Below are positions 45,969 through 55,404 of a DNA stretch of 64,000 bases, piece after piece. Source of the stretch: a virus. The stretch lies in the IMG/VR virus record IMGVR_UViG_3300020202_000078; one strand, given 5' to 3'. The position numbers were made by a program, and so were the translations under genes. The first letter of the stretch is position 1; each line of letters begins with the position of its first letter. The notes under the pieces are model-generated. The model searched no databases. It had not been told where the DNA came from and saw only the letters and a program-made list of their open reading frames with translations.

Positions 45969-46357
45969 CCTGGTCCGTGCTCGGCGAGGATGGAAGGGTC
46001 CTGGCGACCTACCGGCGGCAAGAGTCGGCGGTCTTGAACGCCAAAGAGCGAGCCGTTGTCGAGGGACCACCTGAGGGGGGTCAGGCAAAGGATTGGCGGT
46101 TCGGTGAAGGCTTCACCTGGAATTATGACCCGCTTCCCGATGCGCGAGCCGAGCGGCTCGCCGCGAAGGACCGGGACGGGCGCCGCAAGGACGGCTATGC
46201 GCGGATCGACCGCGACATGATGATCGAGGTGGCGGTCGATCTGGCCCTCGACCTTGCCGAACAGCCTGACGTGGCCGCGCGGCTGCGCCCGACCACGATA
46301 GCCAAGGCCGCCCAGCTGAAGGCGATGCTCGCGGCCGTGAAGACCCAGCATCCCTAG
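45965..46357 (+). CDS. Hypothetical protein
   Basis: ORF. Confidence 0.45.
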   Translation: MTWSVLGEDGRVLATYRRQESAVLNAKERAVVEGPPEGGQAKDWRFGEGFTWNYDPLPDARAERLAAKDRDGRRKDGYARIDRDMMIEVAVDLALDLAEQPDVAARLRPTTIAKAAQLKAMLAAVKTQHP

Positions 46358-46397
46358 CGTCTCGGGGCGTCCGCCCCCGGCCCTTAACCCCTAACGC

Positions 46398-49300
46398 TTG
46401 CAGGTGACAATGGAACGCAACGGGCCTCCGTTCGGCGCGGACGGTGACGCGCTGGTCTATGCCGGCGAGGTCGTGGCCGTCGGCTGGCGGCTTCTCGACG
46501 ACAACGATGCGGTACAGGACTACGCCAACCGCAGCTTTGCCTTGCGGGTCTTCGGAACGCTTGGCGTAACGCCGGTCAACGTCGCCGCAGAGGTCGTTGA
46601 TGACGCGGACGGTGACTATCTGCTGGCCACCCTGACAGGAGACCAGACGGCGGCCCTGGTCCCGAGCGGCCGGGCGGGCGCCGTCCTGCGTTGGTCGTTC
46701 GACGAGCTGGTGGATGGCGGTCGAAGCGTCATCGAGTCCGGCGAGTTCCGGGTGAAGATCGCGGCCGACCCTGATCTCAACGAGCCCGCCGCTGGTGCTG
46801 GAGGGGCTCCGGCCGTCATCTACAACGTCCCGGCAACGAGCCCCATCCGCACAGTGGTTTACAGCGGGGCGCCGGGGGTTAGCGCTTACGCGGCGGCCGT
46901 TTCGGCGGGCTACACAGGGACTCCGGAAGAGTTCGCGGAGGCCCTTGCTGAGAACGCAACGGCCGTTTCGGAGAACATCGCGGACATCAATGCCGCAGGT
47001 GCTACCCAAGTCGGACTGGTCAATTCAGCCGGGACTACTCAGGTCGCCAACGTCAATGCGGCGGGCTCAACCCAGGTCGCGGCCGTCAATTCCGCCGGGT
47101 CGACCCAGACGGCCGCCGTCAACGCTGCTGGGGCCGCCGCGCAGTCAGCCATTGCGGCTGACGTGGCGACCAGTGGGGCCAATGCAGCGTCGGCCGCCAC
47201 CAGCGCTGCAGACGCCGCCCTGAACGCGGCATATGCCGGCGGCGTCGGGTTCACCTTTTCGACTACCACTACCGACAGCGACCCGGGCGCGGGGAACATC
47301 CGCTACAACAACGCCACGCCCGCTTCGGTGACCTTCCTCTACATCGACGATACGGATGTAGGCGGCGGGACGGCAAGCGGCTGGGTCGACACCTTCGACG
47401 ACGTCGAGGGACCGGTGCGGGGCCAAATCTACCTAGCCGAGCCCGGCACGCTGAAATACGCGGTGTTCGACGTCACCGGCGCGGTGGTGACCGGCACCGG
47501 CTATCGCAAGGTCCCGGTGGTCTGGCGCGAGGGTTCGGCAACGCTGCCGACCAACGCCGCCCGCGTGAACCTGCAATTCACCAGGGCTGGCGTGGCGACG
47601 GGCGGTGTCGCCATGACCTTCTCCAGCACCACCACAGACGCAGACCCGGGCAACGGCAATATCCGGTTCAACAACGCGACCCTCGCTAGTGTGACGATCC
47701 TCTACATCGACCTGCAGGAGGTCGGCGGCGGTTCCATCACGGCGTGGATCGACAGCTTCGACGACGTGAACGGCGGTGTTCGGGGTCAATTGATCCTGAA
47801 TGAGCCGGCCAGCGGCAAGTTCGTGCTGTTCAACGTTACCGGTTCCATCACCGACGGCGGAGGCTACCGGAAGGTCCCGGTAACGTATGTGGCGGGATCG
47901 TCGTCGAACTTCACCAACGGCAATCGGCTGCTGCTGAGGTTTGCGCCGGCAGGGTCCGAAGCCGGCATTGCGTTCCAATTCTCGACCACCATCACCGATG
48001 CTGACCCGGGTTCAGGCTTCATTCGCTTCAACAGCGCGACCGTTACCGCCGTTACCCAGATCTTCGCCGACAACAATGCCGCTGGCGGCAATGCCATCTC
48101 CGGATGGCTGGACACCTTCGACGACGCCGACGCGGCGGTGAAGGGCCAAATCTACATCGTGGAGCCGGGAACGGCGAAGTTCACCGTCTTCAACGTGACT
48201 GGCGCCGTCCTCGACGGAACCGGCTACCGGAAGATCAACGTCGCCTGGGTGGCGGGCGTCCTGCCGACGAACAACGCCCGGGTCCTGCTGACGTTCGCTC
48301 GGTTCGGCGCTGACGCCGATGCGGCGGAGATCGCCCAAAGCGCCGATACCTACCGGTTTGGGAAGGCGCGGTATGAGGCCGAAATCGCCGAGCGGCTCGC
48401 GGCCTATCCCGCACAACAGGTCCGGCCGACGTCCTGGGTTCTGAGCGGCGTCACCTACAACGACGACGGCACGTTCACCGGGACGCCCGGCGGCACGATG
48501 ACCACCACCCTGACCGCCGCGCCGTGGGTCGATCCTGCGGCGACCCGGTATATGTACGCGGTTTCGAAGTCGGGAACGTCGGGCTCCGTTACTCTGGCGT
48601 CCAGGGCGCACGCCAGCATCGCCTACAACCCGCCGGCCGTTGAGACCGAGCCGTTCCCCGGCACAAAGAAGCTGGCGTGGGCGAACACCTCAAACGGTGG
48701 CACGACGGTTCGTGGAACGACCGTCACCAACACCATCACCTTCAACGTCGATGATACGATCTTCGAGCCCGAGGTCTGTCTGACAGACAGCCCCTTCATG
48801 CCGAGGATCATGCCCACGCTGCCGGCGGAGCCGTACATCGATCCCCGCCCGTGCTGGGAAGAGACATTTGAGACGCACCGCCGCTGGAGGAACCGCCGTC
48901 TCACCATGCGGGCGGCGGCAGAGACGAGCATCACCAAGGCGGTCAACAGCCTCTCTGGGTCGGATGCGGCTGCTGGAGACCGCTTCAATCCCAAGCAGAA
49001 CATCACCGGCCTGACTGCGCTCGGGGCCTTGGCGGATGGCGCCGTGGTTGGCCTTTGGGGCGAATGGGACAACCAGGGCTTTGGGAGCAGCGTCGGAACG
49101 GTCTCAAAGGGGTTGATCTTCATGGCGCAGCCCCAAGGGCGGCGCCGTGCCAGTTGGAGTGGCGAGACTTATAGACGCCAGCCCTGGCCTCGGATGAACG
49201 GCGACAAGGACGTCACCGATCAAACTTGGACCCTCGAAAGCGGGACCTGTTGGAAGACCACCTACACCGTCAACACCGGGACCAACCTTGCCCCGGTGAA

Positions 49301-50990
49301 CGACGCCTACTCCACCATGCATTGTCTCCGGGTCCAGCGAGACATCATGGACGCGACGCCATTGGCCGCCGAGCGGCTGATGCGCCAGGCCACGTCCAAG
49401 GCCAACTGCATCGCCACGAGTGACAGCTCGTGGTTTGAGCTGGTCAGCGGTTCGACCTGGACCCTCTACGTCAATATGCCGGATGGCCTTGCGCCAGACG
49501 TCGGAGCCTACCGGGTCCGCCCGGTGTCCACGTTCGGCGCAATCGTCTGGGGCCAGAACGTCGACCGCGACGGCGGGGCTGTCTACGACATCTTCTTCAG
49601 CCACTTCAACGCCGGCCTGGGGATCGTCAATGGCGGCCAGAACATCGACTATTCCGGCTGCGTATTCGCCCACAATCCAAAGCACATCACGAACAGCGGC
49701 GGCGGCTCGTTTACGGACTGTCTCTACTACTCGCGCGGCTACTCCACGAGCAACCTGCTGAACATCTACGCGCCGGATGCTCTGGGCATGTCGGCGATCA
49801 TCCGCGATGTCGTGATCGATAGCGACACGCCGGGTGGGTCGATCTACGTCCACCGGGGGGGAACTGAGTTCACAGGCTCCATCACTGACGACGTGATGAC
49901 CGTCGATTCCTTGCCGACTGGCGCGGTTACACTTCGTATCGGCTACGTCGTGAGAAACACGGCCGAGACGGTAGCGGTCGGCACCTACATCGCCGAGCAA
50001 CTCACCAGCACCGAGAGCGGCGGCACGCTTGGCTTGCGCGGCACCTACCGCGTCACCATCGGCGGACAGGCTATCGCCAGCGGTACGTTGGGCGCGGGCG
50101 GCAACTTCTTCTACGTCGAGGTTTCCGGCGTCTCCGACGTTATTGTTCCCGCCGCCTCCGGCGCCCTCGCGGGCGATCACCCCCAGGCTATCGACCAGAC
50201 CGAACACGCGCTGATCGAGGGTTACCACACCCACGGTTACTACACGGCGTTCGGCGAGGCCGGCAGCTGGGCCGTCCCGTGCGCCTCCATCTGCCGCTAT
50301 AGCCTCTGCACCGCCTGTTCGCGGAATACGTCGTTCGCCGACAAGCACGACAACGTCGTCATCGTGCGCAATGCCTCCATCGACGCCAACAATCGCGGGA
50401 TGCGGCTGCAGCGGCTTATGGAGGGCCATCAGGTCCACCATGAGACAGTCTTCGCCCGAACGGTCCAGACGGCCTATGGCGACGCCAACCCCGGCTCCGA
50501 CTATCTGGCAGCCATCTATGAAGTCGGCTCGACCGCCGCCCAACAGCAGGGTCAGACCCCGAGCTGCACGTACTCCCTCCTGGTCGCAGATTGTCCCCAC
50601 AGCACTGTCGGAACTCGGATTCGCTTGGACAGCGCCGCCGGCCAAGCGTTGCTGACCGACTGGAACATCATCGTCGTCTTCACGCCCGGGAACATGAGTT
50701 CCGCGGTATTCGGCGGGGCCACGAAGCTGACCTGGGACGAGTACCTGGTGGACTTCGCCCCGAACGACGCTAACAGCCGGTTCTTCGACTGTCGGGGTAT
50801 GGCGGGGGGGGCGGCCAACCTGTTCGTGGATCCGGACAACAACGACCTGCGCATTCGCACTGACACCGAGCTAGGCCGGGCAGTGCTGGCGGCAATGGCG
50901 GAGATGGGCGCCGGCGCGAGCTGGACCATCGGCGGAACACCTCGACGCCTCACGGCAGACGAGTACCTCACAACCCTGCAGCACGGCTAA
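46398..50990 (+). CDS. Tail fiber / tailspike (1530 aa) with four ~110-aa tandem repeats and a C-terminal beta-helix-like domain
   Basis: Repeats GxxFxFSTTTTDxDPGxGxIRxNNAT...GYRKVPV x4; pectate-lyase-like Gly/Asn-rich C-terminus. Confidence 0.75.
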   Translation: MQVTMERNGPPFGADGDALVYAGEVVAVGWRLLDDNDAVQDYANRSFALRVFGTLGVTPVNVAAEVVDDADGDYLLATLTGDQTAALVPSGRAGAVLRWSFDELVDGGRSVIESGEFRVKIAADPDLNEPAAGAGGAPAVIYNVPATSPIRTVVYSGAPGVSAYAAAVSAGYTGTPEEFAEALAENATAVSENIADINAAGATQVGLVNSAGTTQVANVNAAGSTQVAAVNSAGSTQTAAVNAAGAAAQSAIAADVATSGANAASAATSAADAALNAAYAGGVGFTFSTTTTDSDPGAGNIRYNNATPASVTFLYIDDTDVGGGTASGWVDTFDDVEGPVRGQIYLAEPGTLKYAVFDVTGAVVTGTGYRKVPVVWREGSATLPTNAARVNLQFTRAGVATGGVAMTFSSTTTDADPGNGNIRFNNATLASVTILYIDLQEVGGGSITAWIDSFDDVNGGVRGQLILNEPASGKFVLFNVTGSITDGGGYRKVPVTYVAGSSSNFTNGNRLLLRFAPAGSEAGIAFQFSTTITDADPGSGFIRFNSATVTAVTQIFADNNAAGGNAISGWLDTFDDADAAVKGQIYIVEPGTAKFTVFNVTGAVLDGTGYRKINVAWVAGVLPTNNARVLLTFARFGADADAAEIAQSADTYRFGKARYEAEIAERLAAYPAQQVRPTSWVLSGVTYNDDGTFTGTPGGTMTTTLTAAPWVDPAATRYMYAVSKSGTSGSVTLASRAHASIAYNPPAVETEPFPGTKKLAWANTSNGGTTVRGTTVTNTITFNVDDTIFEPEVCLTDSPFMPRIMPTLPAEPYIDPRPCWEETFETHRRWRNRRLTMRAAAETSITKAVNSLSGSDAAAGDRFNPKQNITGLTALGALADGAVVGLWGEWDNQGFGSSVGTVSKGLIFMAQPQGRRRASWSGETYRRQPWPRMNGDKDVTDQTWTLESGTCWKTTYTVNTGTNLAPVNDAYSTMHCLRVQRDIMDATPLAAERLMRQATSKANCIATSDSSWFELVSGSTWTLYVNMPDGLAPDVGAYRVRPVSTFGAIVWGQNVDRDGGAVYDIFFSHFNAGLGIVNGGQNIDYSGCVFAHNPKHITNSGGGSFTDCLYYSRGYSTSNLLNIYAPDALGMSAIIRDVVIDSDTPGGSIYVHRGGTEFTGSITDDVMTVDSLPTGAVTLRIGYVVRNTAETVAVGTYIAEQLTSTESGGTLGLRGTYRVTIGGQAIASGTLGAGGNFFYVEVSGVSDVIVPAASGALAGDHPQAIDQTEHALIEGYHTHGYYTAFGEAGSWAVPCASICRYSLCTACSRNTSFADKHDNVVIVRNASIDANNRGMRLQRLMEGHQVHHETVFARTVQTAYGDANPGSDYLAAIYEVGSTAAQQQGQTPSCTYSLLVADCPHSTVGTRIRLDSAAGQALLTDWNIIVVFTPGNMSSAVFGGATKLTWDEYLVDFAPNDANSRFFDCRGMAGGAANLFVDPDNNDLRIRTDTELGRAVLAAMAEMGAGASWTIGGTPRRLTADEYLTTLQHG

Positions 50991-51199
50991 GGGCGTCGAC
51001 TCGCATAGGCACGGGAGGTTGCTAGCGGTGCTGCGCTGCCGGCGGCGGGATCGCCGGGCCTTCGGCAGTGTTGGGCTCCATCAGCAATACCGCGATACCG
51101 AGCACGATGATTGCGATGGCGGCGACGCCAAACCAGAGTTTGAGGTTGAAGTCGATCTTCATGTCGATATTCAAGCGGTCCGATGGGCCGTTGGCAACT

Positions 51200-51400
51200 G
51201 GGATGCGCATGGGAAAGCTGGGGTGGATTTTGGCGGCGGAGGCGGCTCTTCTCCTCCTGCTGGCCTATGGCATCTGCCGCTACGTGTTCATCCACACCCC
51301 GTTTGCCAGCGTGTGCTTTTTCCTGTTCGGGGTGACGCTGGGCATGATGACGGTCACCGCCGGGCAACTTGTGAAGGCCTTGCCAGCCCGCCGGCAATGA
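51200..51400 (+). CDS. Small 2-TM membrane protein (holin-like), uncertain
   Basis: High GC3; hydrophobic; overlaps the 3' end of the convergent SGNH gene. Confidence 0.25.
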   Translation, partial: GMRMGKLGWILAAEAALLLLLAYGICRYVFIHTPFASVCFFLFGVTLGMMTVTAGQLVKALPARRQ

Positions 51401-52157
51401 TCTCCGCGAGCAGAGCAGTTCCCTCGGGTCCGGGGTGGACGCCCTGCTCGTAGTATTCCGCCGACCAGGGAACTTCGATCACCTCCGGCGCCATGTTCCT
51501 AATCCAGCGGAGCGGGTCGGTGCGCTGGTTCATATCGTCGGGGATGGGGTAGCCGACCACCACCACGCGGCCCTTGTAGCGGCGTAGAAACGCCTCCCAC
51601 TCGGGCTTCCAGGGCGGCAGTTCACGGTAAACGATGGCCTTCTTCTTGGCGATCCATCGGTCATAGGCGAACGCCATGGCCAGGATCGGCCGCTTCGTCG
51701 GCATCTGCACCTCGCCCAGCCATTCGCCCTGCCGGCTGTCCGTGGCGTTCAGAACGAAGACGATGGTGTCGAGCTGCAGCACTTCGGGGCGGGCCTTGAT
51801 GTAGGCCAGCTGGTTCGCCAAGCCCCAGCCGCCAGCCGACACCGGCCACACGTCGCGGCCGATGCGTTCCTCCAGCTGCGGGCCAAGACGCTCGGGCTGA
51901 TCGTGAAGGGTGCCGCCGTTGACGATGCTGTCGCCGAGCAAGAGGACGCCTTCGGGAACGAACGGCTGTTCCACCCCCATTGATAGCTCGTTGTAGGCGT
52001 AGCGACGAAGGAACACCGACCCGCGCTGATTGGGAGCGTGGATGTAGCCCTCAGGCCCCAAGTGATGCAGGGGAACGGCGGTCACGAACCGAACCATCAG
52101 TTCGACGCACAACAACGCGATGACGGCGACCATCGCCGCCCAACCGATACGCCCCAT
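51354..52157 (-). CDS. SGNH/GDSL-family hydrolase with N-terminal membrane anchor
   Basis: LLLGDSIVNGG GDS(L) block; N-terminal TM. Confidence 0.65.
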   Translation of the reverse strand: MGRIGWAAMVAVIALLCVELMVRFVTAVPLHHLGPEGYIHAPNQRGSVFLRRYAYNELSMGVEQPFVPEGVLLLGDSIVNGGTLHDQPERLGPQLEERIGRDVWPVSAGGWGLANQLAYIKARPEVLQLDTIVFVLNATDSRQGEWLGEVQMPTKRPILAMAFAYDRWIAKKKAIVYRELPPWKPEWEAFLRRYKGRVVVVGYPIPDDMNQRTDPLRWIRNMAPEVIEVPWSAEYYEQGVHPGPEGTALLAEIIAGGLARPSQVARR

Positions 52158-52201
52158 TCAGCGAGTATGTCGGCGCCCCGACCGTCTTGCAACTCCAGCA
52201 T

Positions 52202-52366
52202 TCACCATTCGCGCAGGTTGCACGGCTCGCAGTATCCGAACTGATCGATATCGCGCCTCACCCGCCGGCAGGTGCGGCACCTGAGCAGGGGCCCGGTTCC
52301 GTGGTCGGCCTCGGGATCGGTTACCTCTACGAGCCAGCGCCAGAAGCGGGCCAGGATCGTCCTCAT
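52202..52366 (-). CDS. Small zinc-ribbon protein
   Basis: RCRTCRR...YCEPC. Confidence 0.3.
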   Translation of the reverse strand: MRTILARFWRWLVEVTDPEADHGTGPLLRCRTCRRVRRDIDQFGYCEPCNLREW

Positions 52367-52528
52367 ACATCCAGTGAAGGGCCGCCGCCTATCGGCGTCA
52401 ATACGCAGATCGCAGCCGTGGGGATGCAGCAACATCCCCACGGCCCCGACCCCGGACATGGAGCAAGCCCACGCCCGAAGCCGCACCGCGCGGCAGGGAG
52501 AGGGAGCGCACCGTCTGGTTAACTAACG

Positions 52529-52837
52529 GTGAGCAAGCCGCCGGAGAACCGAATGACATTGCCCTCTTGGATCGCTTTGGCGTCGCTGTTTGTCCTGATC
52601 AGCCTCCAGGGGCTCGCCTTCGCATTTTGGGCCGGCCGGCTGTCTCAACGGGTGACTGGGCTCGAAAAGCAGGGGGACGGCGATGCCACCCTCGCCGAGA
52701 AGGTCATCCGCCTCACGGTCGAGATGGAGCACGCCAACGCGAGCCTGTTGAAGATGGGAAATCAGCTTGAGGGCGTGAACCGCCAACTCGGGAACATCGC
52801 CATGGGTCGAATGGGGCAGTCGGGAGAAATGGTGTGA
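52529..52837 (+). CDS. Membrane-anchored coiled-coil protein
   Basis: N-terminal TM then coiled coil. Confidence 0.45.
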   Translation: MSKPPENRMTLPSWIALASLFVLISLQGLAFAFWAGRLSQRVTGLEKQGDGDATLAEKVIRLTVEMEHANASLLKMGNQLEGVNRQLGNIAMGRMGQSGEMV

Positions 52838-53089
52838 GTGCAATCAATGAATGAACGCAAGATCAACTTCGACCTCAGCTTCAATATCCCCATCCTGATG
52901 AGCATCGTTGGAGCGGTCGCCGCCGGCTCGATGTGGGTGGCCACGGTGAACAACAAGCTCGACACCCTGGCTGTTGTGGTGGCTGACCAGGCTGCGACCA
53001 GGGTGCAGATCGAAGACCTCCGAAATCAAGTCCTCAAGAACCGGGAAGAGACCCTCGAAAACCGCCGAGTAATTACGGAGGGAGAATGA
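52838..53089 (+). CDS. Membrane-anchored coiled-coil protein (second of pair)
   Basis: N-terminal TM then coiled coil. Confidence 0.45.
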   Translation: MQSMNERKINFDLSFNIPILMSIVGAVAAGSMWVATVNNKLDTLAVVVADQAATRVQIEDLRNQVLKNREETLENRRVITEGE

Positions 53090-53113
53090 CGGCGACTGAG
53101 CACGCTGCCCGAT

Positions 53114-53227
53114 GTGGGATTATTTCGCCATCGTCGGCATTCTCGCGCATGTCTTGGTCGCGGCCGGAGTTGGGCTCTACTTCGTCGGCGTGGCCATCGT
53201 GAAGTCCATGATCGGGGTCCGGTAGCT
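53114..53227 (+). CDS. 37-aa hydrophobic peptide
   Basis: MWDYFAIVGILAHVLVAAGVGLYFVGVAIV; GC3-rich. Confidence 0.25.
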
Positions 53228-53261
53228 CGCCGGCCTTGTAGCGGATAAGCTGAAGTAGGGG

Positions 53262-53501
53262 TTAGAGCGCCGGAACCATCCAAGTGGCGGCGACCCCAAG
53301 CCGGGCCATTTCTTCCCTGATCTTCGCCCCTTTGAGCCTCGACTCCTCGGTGTTCCACGCCTTCAGTTCGGCGAGCTGTTTCGGCGTTACGAACATACCG
53401 TCGCCGACTTTGACAAGCTCTCCGGCGGCAACCTTGGCGTTGAGGTCGGCGAGCATTGCTTCGAAGCGCCCGTCGTCCTCGGTGATGATCTCGGTGGTCA
53501 C
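53262..53501 (-). CDS. Hypothetical protein
   Basis: ORF. Confidence 0.4.
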   Translation of the reverse strand: MTTEIITEDDGRFEAMLADLNAKVAAGELVKVGDGMFVTPKQLAELKAWNTEESRLKGAKIREEMARLGVAATWMVPAL

Positions 53502-53502
53502 G

Positions 53503-53919
53503 CTAGGCCGCCTGTCTCACCGGCACGTGCTTGTACATCCATCCACCCGGCGGATCGGGTTCGATGAACTCAATCTTGTCGGTGGGTCTCTTGGACGTGT
53601 CGTCGGTGAAGACGCACGACTCAAACACGCCGGCAGGCTTGCCCTCAAAGGTGGCCAGCGCGCACCCGGCAGGCCTCACCCATACGCGGGGGTTGGTATC
53701 GACACGGGCGAGGATGTTGGCCTTCTCCGGCGCGCTGCGGACGACGCGCCATTCGGCCGGGGTAAGGCGGATGCGCTTCTGACGCGCCCATAGCTCGATG
53801 GCTTTGGCTCTCCAGTCGCCGACCGGCTGCGCGGCAGCGGCGGTGACAGCGACGGCCGATCCGGCGACGCCAGCGAGAACGGCTCTACGGGCGATCATTT
53901 CCATGCCTGAGAGTCCCAC
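53503..53919 (-). CDS. Secreted (Tat/Sec signal) periplasmic protein
   Basis: MIARRAVLAGVAGSAVAVTAAAAQP signal. Confidence 0.45.
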   Translation of the reverse strand: MGLSGMEMIARRAVLAGVAGSAVAVTAAAAQPVGDWRAKAIELWARQKRIRLTPAEWRVVRSAPEKANILARVDTNPRVWVRPAGCALATFEGKPAGVFESCVFTDDTSKRPTDKIEFIEPDPPGGWMYKHVPVRQAA

Positions 53920-53982
53920 GAAAGCGGCGGCTTTTCAACTCTCTCGCCGCACCCCAACCCACCCCCACCGCAAGAGGTATCT

Positions 53983-54261
53983 ATGACGCTCCCCAAGATC
54001 GTCACCGACCTGTTTACCGGCCCTGACGGCCACACCTGGCACATGGGCCGGTTCGGCGCGGCCATGACGGTGATCAGCGGTCTTCCCCTGCCTTGGGTGC
54101 AGCTCTGGCGCACAGGTGTCCTGGACCTTGCGGCGACGGGCGTCTTCTACAGCGGTGTCGCGGCTGGGGCCTGGGCGATGGCCCAGGGCGCCAAGAACAT
54201 GGACCTGATGCCTGAGGGGTCCGCCACCACAACCACCACCACGACAACGGAGACCCTGTAA
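53983..54261 (+). CDS. Holin candidate (2 TM) with poly-Thr tail
   Basis: Immediately upstream of and coupled to the endolysin. Confidence 0.5.
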   Translation: MTLPKIVTDLFTGPDGHTWHMGRFGAAMTVISGLPLPWVQLWRTGVLDLAATGVFYSGVAAGAWAMAQGAKNMDLMPEGSATTTTTTTTETL

Positions 54262-54638
54262 TGTGGACCTGGGATCAATCCGCCGGAAAACTCTACCACA
54301 ACGGCCAGCTCGTCTCGACCGGCTACAGCGGCAAGGCGCGCGGGAAGAACAACCCGGCCATGCAAGGCGAGCGAGGCTTCGGTCCGATCCCGCGCGGCAA
54401 GTGGAAGATCGTCAGCCGCTATGACAGCAAGAACGTCGGCCCCTACGCCCTGACCCTTCACGCTGTCGATGGCAAGTTGGACGACACGCACGCCCCAACG
54501 GGGAGGGGAGCGTTCCGCATCCACGGGGACAGCGCGCGGGCTCCCGGCACGGCGAGCCAAGGCTGCATCATCCTTCCCCGGGCCATTCGCGAGAAGATCT
54601 GGACGAGCGGGGATCGTGACCTGGAGGTGGTGGAGTGA
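54261..54638 (+). CDS. Endolysin candidate, DUF2778/Tlde1-like L,D-transpeptidase-fold peptidase
   Basis: GAFRIHGD...GTASQGCIIL His/Cys motif; lysis-cassette context. Confidence 0.55.
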   Translation: MWTWDQSAGKLYHNGQLVSTGYSGKARGKNNPAMQGERGFGPIPRGKWKIVSRYDSKNVGPYALTLHAVDGKLDDTHAPTGRGAFRIHGDSARAPGTASQGCIILPRAIREKIWTSGDRDLEVVE

Positions 54639-55039
54639 TCCCCCGCTGGCTCATCGGAGCGGGCGTCGCCCTCTTCCTCATGCTCCTGGGCGCCTTCGTG
54701 TTCGGAGGCCCCATCGTCTCGTTCTGGAAAGCCCAGACCCACAAGTGGCAGGCCAAGGAAGAGACGGCGCAGGACAACGCCGCCGCGCGAGGCCTTGAAG
54801 CCGGGGCTGGCCAGGCCCTCGCCACCGAACAAGCCGCCATCACCGAGCGCATCATCGAGCGCAACAACGAAAGCATCCGCTATGTGGAGAAGGCCAATGC
54901 AGCCCCGGACGCGCAAACTCCTCTCGGCTCTGATCGTCAGCAGCGTATGCGTGACCACTATGTCAGCCTGTGCAAACAGCGGCCGGCAGTCTGCGCCAGT
55001 GGCGAAAGCCCCAAGGGTGACGACCCCGCTTTACGCTAA
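54635..55039 (+). CDS. i-spanin (Rz-like)
   Basis: N-terminal TM plus periplasmic coiled coil. Confidence 0.55.
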   Translation: MIPRWLIGAGVALFLMLLGAFVFGGPIVSFWKAQTHKWQAKEETAQDNAAARGLEAGAGQALATEQAAITERIIERNNESIRYVEKANAAPDAQTPLGSDRQQRMRDHYVSLCKQRPAVCASGESPKGDDPALR

Positions 55040-55274
55040 GGCCCCCTGCAAGCTCTACGGGCCTCCGGAGGGGCGGGAGCTGACCCTGCAAGACCTGGAG
55101 ATCACGGCGGCCATCCGAGGGGTGGAGATCGTCACCTGTGACGAGAAGCGGGTACTGGCGGACAAGGCCAACATCGAGCAGCAAAAGGCCCTGGACGCCT
55201 GGGAAGCTGAGCGCGCCAAGCGGCGGTGCGAGTGGTGGCGGTTCGGGACATGCAAGCCACCTGACCCCGGCTAG
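54897..55274 (+). CDS. o-spanin (Rz1-like lipoprotein) overlapping the i-spanin in the +1 frame
   Basis: Lipobox LIVSSVCVTTMSAC; Pro-rich; C-terminal Cys. Confidence 0.5.
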   Translation: MQPRTRKLLSALIVSSVCVTTMSACANSGRQSAPVAKAPRVTTPLYAKAPCKLYGPPEGRELTLQDLEITAAIRGVEIVTCDEKRVLADKANIEQQKALDAWEAERAKRRCEWWRFGTCKPPDPG

Positions 55275-55354
55275 TGACCTCACTTAGGGCCTTACTGAGG
55301 ACAGTAGCCCCCTGACTGATAGCCCTTGAGACTTAGGTCTCGGGCCAACAGAAA

Positions 55355-55388
55355 GGCCCCGCTGGCGATTGCTGGCGGGGCCTTTTGC
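55355..55388. terminator. Bidirectional rho-independent terminator between the lysis cassette and the SPFH operon
   Basis: ggccccgc...gcggggcc stem followed by TTTTG. Confidence 0.6.
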
Positions 55389-55404
55389 CGTTCGGAGGGC
55401 TGGC

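Noticed and set aside
51022-51210. Minus-strand 46-62-aa TM ORF downstream of the SGNH gene
   Set aside because: No RBS. It competes with the plus-strand ORF 51200-51400 for the same intergenic space, so it was not called.
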